20,000 nt of DNA from an uncultured virus (IMG/VR IMGVR_UViG_3300021185_002094) (lineage: Duplodnaviria; Heunggongvirae; Uroviricota; Caudoviricetes): IMG/VR virus record IMGVR_UViG_3300021185_002094. One strand, written 5' to 3'. The notes beneath the pieces are model-generated. The model searched no databases. It was given only the letters and a program-made list of their open reading frames with translations, and was not told the origin of the DNA. Below are positions 6,952 through 15,897 of this stretch, in pieces. A program made the position numbers and the translations under genes. The first letter of the stretch is position 1; each line of letters starts with the position of its first letter.

Positions 6952-7807
6952 TGTTGTAAAATTCCTCCACTACTTCAATCAATAATTTACATCTTTTCTT
7001 TATAAGATAATTTAGCACTTTCATCCTCATAGGAAGTTTTTGCTCGTTATAGTTATTTATAATACTTTTTTGAATGTCCTCAGGTATTTCAGTTAAGTCT
7101 ATAAGTTTTTTATTACGTTGATAATTTCTATATAGCTCTTCTGGCATAATTCTTCTAAGGTCTTCTGCATTATTTATCCACTCATCAATTCTAGTTTGTC
7201 TTAGTGGAGTTTGTTTGGCACCTTCTGTGATAAAGGTGTTATCTGCAGATAATACATTGGGAATTCCATCACCGCCATCTCCTCTAAAGATATGATTCCA
7301 AAGATAAGTGATAGGAGCTTCATCTAATACTTGTTTCTTTTGAATTGGTGAAAACTGCTTTACATTTTTATATCTTTGTAACTGAATAAAATCTTTATCT
7401 GATGATATAATCATAACTGGTTCGTGTTGGCCAAACTCTTGGGTTTGCATAGCAAGTGTACCGATAATATCATCTGCCTCACAGCCTTCCATATGTAATA
7501 CTTTATAAGGTAAGTTTTGGGAAATCTCTTCTCTAACTAAATTAAGTATTCTAAAGATTTCGTTCCAGTCTGTTCCAGTATCTTCACTTCTACCTTTTCT
7601 TCTATTGGCTTTATACTCTGGAAAATAATCTCTTCTCCATGTATTCATGCCGTCAGCACAGATCACCATTTGGCCGTATTCACCACGATACTTTTTATTG
7701 TACATTCGAATACTGTTTAGTATCATGTGTCTTATCATATCTTCATCATTTAATTTTTGCACTATGATGTTGGATAGTGCGATCTGACTATAATCAAGTA
7801 ATATCAT
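6932..7807 (-). CDS. rnh: T4-type RNase H / 5'-3' exonuclease
   Basis: ILLDYSQI, WRRDYFPEYKANR, EADDII, SSDKDFIQL, GDGGDGIPN motifs. Confidence 0.95.
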   Translation of the reverse strand: MILLDYSQIALSNIIVQKLNDEDMIRHMILNSIRMYNKKYRGEYGQMVICADGMNTWRRDYFPEYKANRRKGRSEDTGTDWNEIFRILNLVREEISQNLPYKVLHMEGCEADDIIGTLAMQTQEFGQHEPVMIISSDKDFIQLQRYKNVKQFSPIQKKQVLDEAPITYLWNHIFRGDGGDGIPNVLSADNTFITEGAKQTPLRQTRIDEWINNAEDLRRIMPEELYRNYQRNKKLIDLTEIPEDIQKSIINNYNEQKLPMRMKVLNYLIKKRCKLLIEVVEEFYNNEIIIK

Positions 7808-8159
7808 TATCTGTTGTATCTTCCTTAGCCAATGTGGCTTGCATTTTCTTAATTTTTATATAGGTATTATCCATATCTTTTTGGAGTTTATGGGGGATTT
7901 CAATATATCTAAGTAACATGGCATATATCATATTGACAATTACAAAAGCATCTCTACTCTCGCCATACTGTTCATCTTCTATATCGAATCCTTGCAACCA
8001 GCCATAGTCCATATATTCTATTTCTGCGGCCATTTGGTGCACTAGATGTTGTGCAATCTCTATAGATTCATTGGATAGAGTATCTACCAAGTCCTCGTGA
8101 TTACCACTTTCATCTTGTTTAATTTCTTTTCCTGTCGGAAACTGTATTAACTTTCCCAT
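7794..8159 (-). CDS. Hypothetical protein
   Basis: 121 aa with MGKLIQFP N-terminus, directly downstream of a promoter. Confidence 0.75.
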   Translation of the reverse strand: MGKLIQFPTGKEIKQDESGNHEDLVDTLSNESIEIAQHLVHQMAAEIEYMDYGWLQGFDIEDEQYGESRDAFVIVNMIYAMLLRYIEIPHKLQKDMDNTYIKIKKMQATLAKEDTTDNDIT

Positions 8160-8168
8160 AATAGATAT

Positions 8169-8197
8169 ATTATACTACAAATCCTTCTGCTTGTAAA
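8169..8197 (-). promoter_or_regulatory. Sigma70-type early promoter
   Basis: TTTACA, 17 nt, TATAAT with TGTAG. Shares AAAAAACACTTTACA with the promoter at 3205-3242. Confidence 0.8.
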
Positions 8198-8204
8198 GTG
8201 TTTT

Positions 8205-8627
8205 TTATAAGTTTTTTACTGCATTACCGCCTAATCTTATCTGAATAATACCATTATAGTAATCATCAGTAAGTAATACATCGCGGTCAAACTGTTCTTT
8301 GGCCTCTAAGTAAGCACATTCGCCCTTGGTTTTACATAGATGGATGATCTCTCTGGTAAAGTTATCTTCTCCATACTTATCTATATCCTCTTGCAGATGT
8401 TTACTGGATCCCCAATACTTTCTCCAATCTGATTCGACCAAGAGTTTCTTACGGCGTTTTCTTTTCTTTGTTATGGGTAGAGTTTTCTGACTCCAAAAGA
8501 ACTTCTTTCCAATATACTTCTGGTCTGTTTTCTTGTTCGTTATCAGATAAACAAAACCGTATGCGTCTTTGGGATTGAAGCCTTCGGGAGTTAACCATTC
8601 TGTGCCTTCGTAATGCCATTCATTCAT
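8205..8627 (-). CDS. Stand-alone GIY-YIG nuclease-domain protein
   Basis: GFVYLITN...KYIGKK, conserved Glu (YLEAKEQ) and YYN. Confidence 0.8.
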   Translation of the reverse strand: MNEWHYEGTEWLTPEGFNPKDAYGFVYLITNKKTDQKYIGKKFFWSQKTLPITKKRKRRKKLLVESDWRKYWGSSKHLQEDIDKYGEDNFTREIIHLCKTKGECAYLEAKEQFDRDVLLTDDYYNGIIQIRLGGNAVKNL

Positions 8628-8632
8628 ACTTA

Positions 8633-8640
8633 TATTTAGT
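8633..8640 (-). promoter_or_regulatory. Late-promoter-like box ACTAAATA
   Basis: Variant of TATAAATA, 5 nt upstream of ATG 8627, the same geometry as at 2932. Confidence 0.45.
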
Positions 8641-8806
8641 AGTTAAAATTTAATTCTTTTGAATCAGAATCTGGTTCAGTGGCTGTGCCACAAACTGGGC
8701 AGAATACATTATCTGGTTTTTCATCAGTAAAATGTATCTTGGTTTCTGAGTAGCAATATTCGCAGTTATGAGTATACCAATGAGTAGGGTCTGAACTATT
8801 ATACAT
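8636..8806 (-). CDS. Small zinc-ribbon protein
   Basis: 56 aa from ATG 8806; CEYC...CPVC. Confidence 0.75.
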   Translation of the reverse strand: MYNSSDPTHWYTHNCEYCYSETKIHFTDEKPDNVFCPVCGTATEPDSDSKELNFNY

Positions 8807-9026
8807 TACTATCAACCCATTCCTTAAGTTCTTGATATCCTCCGATATTATTTTCATTAACTTTTATTTGTGGGAATGTTCTTGCTGTAGGAAAGATTTT
8901 AAATAATGCATCTCTATCAAAATCTTTATCCAGGGATTTATATGTATATTCTAATTTATGTTCAGTTACTAGGTTTACTGCCATAACGCAGTATGGACAA
9001 TTAGGTTTGCCATATATTTCTATCAT
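8799..9026 (-). CDS. nrdC: Glutaredoxin (NrdC-like)
   Basis: CPYC active site, TFPQI, IGGY. ATG 9026 overlaps the upstream stop (ATGA). Confidence 0.92.
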   Translation of the reverse strand: MIEIYGKPNCPYCVMAVNLVTEHKLEYTYKSLDKDFDRDALFKIFPTARTFPQIKVNENNIGGYQELKEWVDSNV

Positions 9027-9217
9027 TGTACTACTCCATTTATTACCCAAAATGATAACAACATAAAACCAAACACTGCAACCTGTATGACTGCGGCCCA
9101 GAATATTTGCTTCATTGGGTGTACTTCTGTTAATTTTTCAATCCAAGATTCACTTGGGGAAAGATTTACGACCTGTAATACCTTTTCGGGTTTAGTAAAC
9201 CATGGTATATGTATCAT
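9023..9217 (-). CDS. Small membrane protein
   Basis: 64 aa with a C-terminal hydrophobic helix; ATGA overlaps with both nrdB and glutaredoxin. Confidence 0.7.
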   Translation of the reverse strand: MIHIPWFTKPEKVLQVVNLSPSESWIEKLTEVHPMKQIFWAAVIQVAVFGFMLLSFWVINGVVQ

Positions 9218-10287
9218 AAACTCATTCCTTTTAATGTGGTATCATCCACATCTTGTTTTACTCCACCAACAACGTATGAACTAATTTCGGTTTCTTGTGG
9301 TGCCACTTGGACATTACCACCACCGATCCACTTTTCCGTCCATGGTAAAGGATTCATTTTACTTACTGTATAAGGGCAAGGCAATCCAATTGCTCTCATT
9401 CTTTTACAGCCTATCCATTCTATATAGTCTTTTAGAATATTACAGTTAAGGCCAATCATTGAACCATCTTTAAAGAGATAGTCTGCCCATGATTTCTCTT
9501 GTTCAATAACTGATTGATATAATTTAATTGCTTCTGGTTCTAATTCTTTTGCAATCTTTGCCATATCTTTATCTTCTTTTACTAGTTGTTTTAACATAGT
9601 AGTGGTTGAGGCAAGGTGGACATTTTCATCACGGGCAATAAACTTGATGATCTTGGCATTACCTTCCATCTTTTTAAGTTCTGCAAAGGCCCATGAACAT
9701 GCAAAGGATACATAAAAACGTACACCTTCTAGAGCATTGGCACTTAACATAGCCATGTATAGTGATCTTTTATGATCCATCTTATTAGTAGGGCCATGAT
9801 TTGCATCTATTAAGTCATCATAGTATTGTGCGATATCTTTACCACATTCCAATATTTCTTTTACATCCAATAGATTATCGAAAACAGTAGAAGGATTAGC
9901 ATATATGTTCCTAATAATATGAGTATAAGATCGTGAGTGGATAGTTTCAAAGAAACTCCATGTTTCAATCCAGTTTTCAACTTCTGGTAACGATGCGATA
10001 GGTAGAAACGCCATATTAGGAGCTCTGCCTTGAACAGAATCGAGTAGAATCTGCCTTTTAAGATTAGATGTAAAGATATGTTGTTCATGCTCAGTTAGCC
10101 CCTCAAAGTCCTTTTTATCTTTTGAAATATCTACCTCTTCTGGTCTCCAGAAGAATCCTAATTGCTTTTCTGTTATCTTATCCAATTGTGGATATTTTAA
10201 TATATCGAACCGTTGTACATCTACTGCTTCATCTAAAAACATATTTTTATTTAGATGTGATTTTTTGTTCTTGCTCAAAACTGTCAT
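9214..10287 (-). CDS. nrdB: Ribonucleotide reductase class Ia beta subunit
   Basis: FFWRPEEV, LLDSVQGR (Asp ligand), ETIHSRSY, LEGVRFYVSF, RDENVH, APQETEISSY. Confidence 0.97.
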   Translation of the reverse strand: MTVLSKNKKSHLNKNMFLDEAVDVQRFDILKYPQLDKITEKQLGFFWRPEEVDISKDKKDFEGLTEHEQHIFTSNLKRQILLDSVQGRAPNMAFLPIASLPEVENWIETWSFFETIHSRSYTHIIRNIYANPSTVFDNLLDVKEILECGKDIAQYYDDLIDANHGPTNKMDHKRSLYMAMLSANALEGVRFYVSFACSWAFAELKKMEGNAKIIKFIARDENVHLASTTTMLKQLVKEDKDMAKIAKELEPEAIKLYQSVIEQEKSWADYLFKDGSMIGLNCNILKDYIEWIGCKRMRAIGLPCPYTVSKMNPLPWTEKWIGGGNVQVAPQETEISSYVVGGVKQDVDDTTLKGMSL

Positions 10288-10298
10288 TAATTTTTCCT

Positions 10299-10760
10299 TT
10301 AATTTATTCCTAATTTATATACCGTCTTACCATTTTCTTTTAGGGCAGTCATGGACTTCTGCCTGTTTTCTTTTGGGTTCTTATAAGATACGTGAACCCA
10401 TCCACTATCTGGAATTCCTTTAGTATGGAATTCTAAAATAAGTTGATCAAACTTTAAGTTATCTCTAATCCATTCTGCAACTTCAACATTAGAAACACCT
10501 GGACATTCTATATCTACTGCCTCACCTAAACAATGTTGAGATGTTTTAGAACCTCCTACAGCCGTATTAAGTGCAGGGCCTCTATACCCAGAATTAATTA
10601 CTGTTGGCCCAAAGTGATCACGCACCGGTTGTACTACCCATTTAAATAAATCTTTCGCATTACTTAAATGTGATCTATTAGGTTCATTGTCTAACCCTAA
10701 TCTAGTAGCAGTCTGCGACTTTGTAAACTCCTGAAGAGTAAAATTTTTTGATAATCTCAT
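10299..10760 (-). CDS. Peptidase M15A (Zn D-Ala-D-Ala peptidase fold), endolysin candidate
   Basis: LSKNFTLQEF, SGYR, VGGSKTSQH, GEAVD, WVHVS (His/Asp/His zinc ligands). Confidence 0.9.
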   Translation of the reverse strand: MRLSKNFTLQEFTKSQTATRLGLDNEPNRSHLSNAKDLFKWVVQPVRDHFGPTVINSGYRGPALNTAVGGSKTSQHCLGEAVDIECPGVSNVEVAEWIRDNLKFDQLILEFHTKGIPDSGWVHVSYKNPKENRQKSMTALKENGKTVYKLGIN

Positions 10761-10772
10761 TATCTTTCCTTT

Positions 10773-13073
10773 CTATATTTTACAACTATCGCAATCATCT
10801 TCATCAACGATAGTCTGTTCGAGTTCTGGTAACTCTTCTTTCATTTCTCCAGCACCATCATAGGTATTGAAGTAATAAAGTTGTTTTAATCCATACTTAT
10901 AAGATGTAACTAAATCTTGTAGCATCACCGACATAGGAATTTTATTATCCTCGTAGTGTTCTGGATTATAAGAAGTATTGACACTAATACCTTGATCAAC
11001 ATACTTCTGTAAGATAGCACATATCTTTAGATATCCATCTGGAGATTTTTGATCCCAGAGTAGATCATATTTATTTCTAAGATAATGATACCCTGGAACT
11101 ACTTGGGCCAGAACACCATCCTTAGATTGTTTATATGATACTAAAGCACGTGGTGGTTCAATACCATTTGTACTATTAGAAATCTGTGCAGATGTTTCTG
11201 CGGGCATTAATGCCATGAGAGTACTGTTTCGGATACCAGTGGTTTTAAGTTGAGTTCTCAATTCGTCCCAAGGTAACCTTTCTTTATGCTCTATTAAATT
11301 ATCTACTGCACTCTTATATGTAGTATTTGGCGTATCTCCAAACGCGTATTTTGTCTGATTATTTAAAGGTATTTTGCCTTTTTCTTTTGCCAAGTCTGCA
11401 GATGCCTTAATAAGATAGTAACTCCATGCTTCTGCGTATTCATCTACTACTTCGAATGCACTTTCATCATATTTAAGACCTCTTTTGGCCAAGAAGAATG
11501 CTAGATTAATAATACCAATACCTAATGGCCGTCTATCAATGGTTGAACTTTCTGCAGCAAGAATAGGATAGTCTTGGTAATCTAAGAGTTGATCTAGTGC
11601 CCTTACTGATAGATTACAATATTTTTCAAAGTCTTTAGGGTCATTTATTAAACCCCAATTAATTGCTGATAGAGTACAAAGAGATATCTCTCCGTTTTCA
11701 TCATTCATACTTTCTAAAGGATTAGTAGGAAGATTAATCTCACAGCATAGATTAGATTGTTTAATAGGTGCTTCTTCTGCAATAAATGAACCATGATCGT
11801 TTGCATGATCTACATTCATCACATATATTCTACCCGTATCTTTTCTCTCGGTAAGTAGTTTTTGGAATACTTCTAATGCTGGTATTGTTTTCTTGCGAAT
11901 GGAGTATGCTCTTTCATACTTCTCATAAAGTTCTTTGAATTTATCTTGATCATCAAAGAATGCTTCATATAACCCTGGAACATCATTAGGATCAAATAGT
12001 GTTATATTACCACCTGATAATAATCTCTCATACATTAATTTATTGAGTTGGAATGCATAGTCCATATGTCGGACTCTATTTTCTTCTGTGCCTTTATTAT
12101 TCTTTAGTACTACTAAATCTTCAAACTCATAATGCCATATAGGTAGATAGACTGTAGCCGCCCCACCTCTAACGCCACCTTGTGAACAAGACTTAACTGC
12201 AGACTGAAAGTATTTTAAGAATGGTATGAGTCCTGTATGTACTACTGATCCATCACCAACTCTTGCACCTGCTGCCCTTATCTGTCCTGCATTAATTCCT
12301 ATACCGGCCTTCTTACTTATGTACTTGACAATAGAAGAAGCAGTAGAATTAATAGAGTCAAGGCTATCGCCAGATTCAATAAGTACGCAAGATGAAAACT
12401 GTCGCGTTGGTGTACGAACTCCAGCCATGATCGGAGTAGGTAACGATATATAAAATTGAGAAATTGCATCGTAATAATCCTTTACGTATTTCGTTCTTAT
12501 ATCTTTTGGGTAATCACTAAATAATGTAGCTGAGACCATCATATACAACATCTGAGGTGTTTCATAATGTTCTTTTGTCTTTCTATCTTGTACTAAGTAC
12601 TTACCTCTAAATTGTTCCATACCAGCATAAGTGAAATGGTCGTCTCTATCATGTTTAATATATTTGTCCAATTCATCTACTTCATCGCGGGTGTAACTTT
12701 TCATTATTTCACCATCATATACCCCACGGGATATATTTTCAATGATAAGATGTGCAAGTGGCCATGGTTTATAATCACCATAAACTTCTTTTCTTAGTTT
12801 ATAAGAAATTAACCTTGCGGCAACGAATTGGTAATTTGGGGTGTGTTCAGATATGAGTTCTGCAGCAGACTTAATAAGTAGCTCATGAATATCATATGCT
12901 GGGATTTTATCATAGAGTTGGATGTTAGCCTTAAGTTCTATTTCTGACATTGAAACGCCAGTAAGCCCCTCGGTTGCCCACTCTAAAACTTTGTGTACTT
13001 TTTCTAAATCGAAATCTTGGCTATCGCCGTTTCTTTTTGTGACTTGTATAGCCATAGTGTTAGTGCCTATCAT
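10773..13073 (-). CDS. nrdA: Ribonucleotide reductase class Ia alpha subunit with ATP cone
   Basis: VTKRNG ATP cone, SSCVLI, SQGGVRGG, SNLCCEI, LYY and C-terminal CDSC. Alternative start at 13055. Confidence 0.97.
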   Translation of the reverse strand: MIGTNTMAIQVTKRNGDSQDFDLEKVHKVLEWATEGLTGVSMSEIELKANIQLYDKIPAYDIHELLIKSAAELISEHTPNYQFVAARLISYKLRKEVYGDYKPWPLAHLIIENISRGVYDGEIMKSYTRDEVDELDKYIKHDRDDHFTYAGMEQFRGKYLVQDRKTKEHYETPQMLYMMVSATLFSDYPKDIRTKYVKDYYDAISQFYISLPTPIMAGVRTPTRQFSSCVLIESGDSLDSINSTASSIVKYISKKAGIGINAGQIRAAGARVGDGSVVHTGLIPFLKYFQSAVKSCSQGGVRGGAATVYLPIWHYEFEDLVVLKNNKGTEENRVRHMDYAFQLNKLMYERLLSGGNITLFDPNDVPGLYEAFFDDQDKFKELYEKYERAYSIRKKTIPALEVFQKLLTERKDTGRIYVMNVDHANDHGSFIAEEAPIKQSNLCCEINLPTNPLESMNDENGEISLCTLSAINWGLINDPKDFEKYCNLSVRALDQLLDYQDYPILAAESSTIDRRPLGIGIINLAFFLAKRGLKYDESAFEVVDEYAEAWSYYLIKASADLAKEKGKIPLNNQTKYAFGDTPNTTYKSAVDNLIEHKERLPWDELRTQLKTTGIRNSTLMALMPAETSAQISNSTNGIEPPRALVSYKQSKDGVLAQVVPGYHYLRNKYDLLWDQKSPDGYLKICAILQKYVDQGISVNTSYNPEHYEDNKIPMSVMLQDLVTSYKYGLKQLYYFNTYDGAGEMKEELPELEQTIVDEDDCDSCKI

Positions 13074-13099
13074 TATATTTCTCGGTTTTAATAGTATAT

Positions 13100-13128
13100 A
13101 TTATACTACACTTTTACGTGCTTGTAAA
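13100..13128 (-). promoter_or_regulatory. Sigma70-type early promoter for nrdA
   Basis: TTTACA, 17 nt, TATAAT with TGTAG. Confidence 0.8.
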
Positions 13129-13131
13129 TAG

Positions 13132-13449
13132 TTATTTACTATTTTTTTCTAATTTCTCTATTCTTTTTATAAGCTTTGGATAAGCTTCGAATTCATGTAA
13201 CTCTTTACATGGATGAGAATTGGCCTCAAGGGCATCTAACCTCTCTGCGGCAAGAGGATATTGTTTTCTGAACTTAGCATCTTTCTTTAATACTTCAAGT
13301 TCATATTTTTTGGCAAAGTATTCCATAAACTTATCTACTTGTTTTTGGAACCAAATACCAAGTGCAGTACCCTGAAACCATTGATAGAAAGAACTACCAA
13401 TGATCGAGGATAGTATTGATTTTAGTGAAAGAACAATTAGCCAATGCAT
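13132..13449 (-). CDS. Hypothetical protein with hydrophobic N-terminus
   Basis: 105 aa, starting 1 nt after the lipase stop. Confidence 0.7.
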   Translation of the reverse strand: MHWLIVLSLKSILSSIIGSSFYQWFQGTALGIWFQKQVDKFMEYFAKKYELEVLKKDAKFRKQYPLAAERLDALEANSHPCKELHEFEAYPKLIKRIEKLEKNSK

Positions 13450-13450
13450 T

Positions 13451-14212
13451 TTATTTCTCCACCTTATCTAGTCTTTTGATTGCTTTTACATAGTTAGGCA
13501 TTCCATGATCTACAACTCCATCAAAGAATTTAAATCTTTTCCATGAGTTAAAGATACCATAGAACATATCACCCCAAGTTGGTTTAGGTTGTTTATCACC
13601 ATTTCTATTAAAGTAAATCATTTCTCCATGGTGTCTAAATCCTAGCCATGCTGGAGGGATTCTACAAACTATATCATTATTATTCATAAATCTATAATGA
13701 GGGCATTTAATATTTTTAATAAATCTTTTTCCACCCACTCTTGGTGAACCGAATGTAAAGAGTTCATGTGGTTGATATCTAGTAGAACTAATAGTTGCCA
13801 TTGCTGCACCTAGTGAATGTCCTGTAAAGTAAACATCTTTTCTTACTTTTAGTTGGTCATTGTGCTCTAATTCTTTTACTATTTCCATCCATAAATCATC
13901 TACTTCTTGTTGGAAACCACCATGTACTTTACCACCTGCCATCGCAGAATTCTTAAATACTTTTAAGTCTGCCATAACATCATTTAACTTACTTGGTTCT
14001 GTTCCTCTAAATGCAAACCATAAATCATTTCTATCTTTTGCGATTAGTACTTCTGCACCATCTTTAGATATTAACTTAACCCAGGCAAATCCTAATTTCT
14101 TTGCCGCTGTAATTGCTGGTTTCTCATTCATATATGCAATTGCAGATAACTTAGCTGCAATTACTGCCCTTTCCCATTTACTCCTTTCCACTTTCATTCT
14201 CGTTGACGCCAT
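13451..14212 (-). CDS. Class 3 lipase (alpha/beta hydrolase)
   Basis: AFRGT, VHGGF, TGHSLGAA nucleophile elbow, TFGSPRVG, NNDIVCRIPP (Asp), DHGM (His). Start at 14212 after GGAGG. Confidence 0.92.
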   Translation of the reverse strand: MASTRMKVERSKWERAVIAAKLSAIAYMNEKPAITAAKKLGFAWVKLISKDGAEVLIAKDRNDLWFAFRGTEPSKLNDVMADLKVFKNSAMAGGKVHGGFQQEVDDLWMEIVKELEHNDQLKVRKDVYFTGHSLGAAMATISSTRYQPHELFTFGSPRVGGKRFIKNIKCPHYRFMNNNDIVCRIPPAWLGFRHHGEMIYFNRNGDKQPKPTWGDMFYGIFNSWKRFKFFDGVVDHGMPNYVKAIKRLDKVEK

Positions 14213-14693
14213 TCTGTTCCTCCACTTTAATTTCAACTGCCGCACCATTTTCATCATTGATCGTTACGTTCCTATAATATACTATTACTTCTCCAAGTTG
14301 GTTAATATATCTTTTTATTTCTTGTGTATTATAAGACATTAGTTCATAGTCTTCCGCAGTCATAGCAAAGAAAACTATATCTCCCCCATGCTGTTTTTTA
14401 ATATCATCAATAAATCTATCTAAATATGTATACCCGTCTGGATATATATCTTCTCTACCTAAAGAACAATCTGAGTTTCCTTCTTCATTCTTTAAACAGT
14501 TTTCAATAATAGTAGCATCAGATACTACATACCACCTTGGTTCTTTTAAGTCCATAGGGCGTGGTAGAGTAGGTTGAACAATATCTATTTGTATTGGTTT
14601 AGTTATAATCTCTACTTCACGAGGCCCCTGTAATAGGGCACATCCACTAATCGTTAAGGCTGCTAATACGATTGCTATCTTCTTCAATTGCAT
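14178..14693 (-). CDS. Lipoprotein, putative o-spanin (Rz1 / T4 PseT.2-like)
   Basis: Signal peptide with lipobox ISG|C, Pro-rich linker, C-terminal helix; AAGGAGGT RBS; overlaps the upstream i-spanin-like gene. Confidence 0.75.
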   Translation of the reverse strand: MQLKKIAIVLAALTISGCALLQGPREVEIITKPIQIDIVQPTLPRPMDLKEPRWYVVSDATIIENCLKNEEGNSDCSLGREDIYPDGYTYLDRFIDDIKKQHGGDIVFFAMTAEDYELMSYNTQEIKRYINQLGEVIVYYRNVTINDENGAAVEIKVEEQNGVNENESGKE

Positions 14694-15039
14694 CGAATAC
14701 CTCCTTAGTTCTATTATTTGCTCTAAGTTCTATTAAACCAGGTTTTGCACTGGCCAACTTAGTAATACTATGGCGTCTAAATATATCCAAGTGTTCATTC
14801 ATCTGGATTTCATACTGCTGGTTACTTGCTTGTAACCCAGCCATAGCTTGAGTTGTTCTTGTTAGATTTGCTTGAATGGATTGAATGGTGGCTTTTTGTT
14901 CCTGATCTCGGAGATCTTGTGCCAGAATAACTGCTGTCTGTTCTTCTATCTTATTCTTCATAGGGACAACAGCAAATGTATAATAGAGAAAGAATGATAA
15001 TCCCATCGCCCCAATTATACCCATAAATATTTTTGTCAT
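14647..15039 (-). CDS. Putative i-spanin (Rz / T4 PseT.3-like)
   Basis: N-terminal TM helix plus long coiled coil ending ...AKPGLIELRAN, directly upstream of a lipoprotein. Confidence 0.75.
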   Translation of the reverse strand: MTKIFMGIIGAMGLSFFLYYTFAVVPMKNKIEEQTAVILAQDLRDQEQKATIQSIQANLTRTTQAMAGLQASNQQYEIQMNEHLDIFRRHSITKLASAKPGLIELRANNRTKEVFDAIEEDSNRISSLND

Positions 15040-15055
15040 AATATACCTTTCCTAA

Positions 15056-15322
15056 TTAATTCTTAGTATCTAGTGTCTTCAGATTACTTTTTTGGGCCAT
15101 TAATTCCTTCTTTTGTTCTCTTACTTTCTTTCTTCGAAGCATTCTTTCTACGAATTTTCTACCTTCTTTGGTTCTACCATCGTAACGTGGGCCTTCTTTC
15201 TTATTTCTTTGTTTATGTTTCTTATGTGCATCAGGTGACATGGCATCTGAAGGCATTGAAACACCACCAGCACCTACTGAATTGGCTGCGGCATCTTCCC
15301 AAATATCTTTAAATGATTTCAT
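15056..15322 (-). CDS. Basic hypothetical protein, possible internal head protein
   Basis: N-terminus MKSFKDIWED; DGRTKEGRKF motif. Confidence 0.65.
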   Translation of the reverse strand: MKSFKDIWEDAAANSVGAGGVSMPSDAMSPDAHKKHKQRNKKEGPRYDGRTKEGRKFVERMLRRKKVREQKKELMAQKSNLKTLDTKN

Positions 15323-15897
15323 CTTATTAAATTCCTATTACTTATATATATCTTCTGTGCTGTTTGAACGTGATGCACTTCGTATATATTTTGGTTAAAG
15401 AATTTATCCACCGGATCTAAAAATTCATCAACCCTTACTTTAGTTTTAGACATCGCAATAATTTCACCCGTCTGTGGTGATGCTATGTCCTCTGTTAATG
15501 TATATACACCTGGTCTCAATCTATTATCTTCTTGAAACCAAGTTGACTCTTCCAATATATCATTTTCAAAGTCACCAATAACTTTTGTTAAAACTTTTTT
15601 AATTGACTCTTCTGACATACCAGTCTGCTCTTTAATTAAGAAGAGTGCTGCTGCATAACTTGCAAGTTTAGTTTTACCAAATGGAAGTTTACCTAGTATT
15701 CTTTTTAAGTTAAATACTAATCTATGAAAAACAGTATAGGCAGATTTTTCTTCTGGTGATGTTGCCTTCTTTAACTTTTTACCATTCTCATCAACTAGGC
15801 CTAACTCAAAGGCTTTGGACTTTTCCCACGGCGTAGTAAGTAGCCTTAAAAATCTAAAGGCGTATACTAAATCACCTGTTCTGGATAAAACTCCCAT
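15319..15897 (-). CDS. Conserved T4-like hypothetical protein
   Basis: 192 aa; DLVYAFRFLRLLTTPW...GLVDENGK...YTVFHRLVFNLKR pattern; coupled at both ends. Confidence 0.75.
   Translation of the reverse strand: MGVLSRTGDLVYAFRFLRLLTTPWEKSKAFELGLVDENGKKLKKATSPEEKSAYTVFHRLVFNLKRILGKLPFGKTKLASYAAALFLIKEQTGMSEESIKKVLTKVIGDFENDILEESTWFQEDNRLRPGVYTLTEDIASPQTGEIIAMSKTKVRVDEFLDPVDKFFNQNIYEVHHVQTAQKIYISNRNLIR

Noticed and set aside
6606..10088. Nested minus-strand ORFs 6606-6830 and 9861-10088
   Set aside because: Out-of-frame inside conserved genes, with no family signal.
9214..13073. Introns or inteins in nrdA/nrdB
   Set aside because: Both frames are continuous and of normal length (766 and 357 aa).
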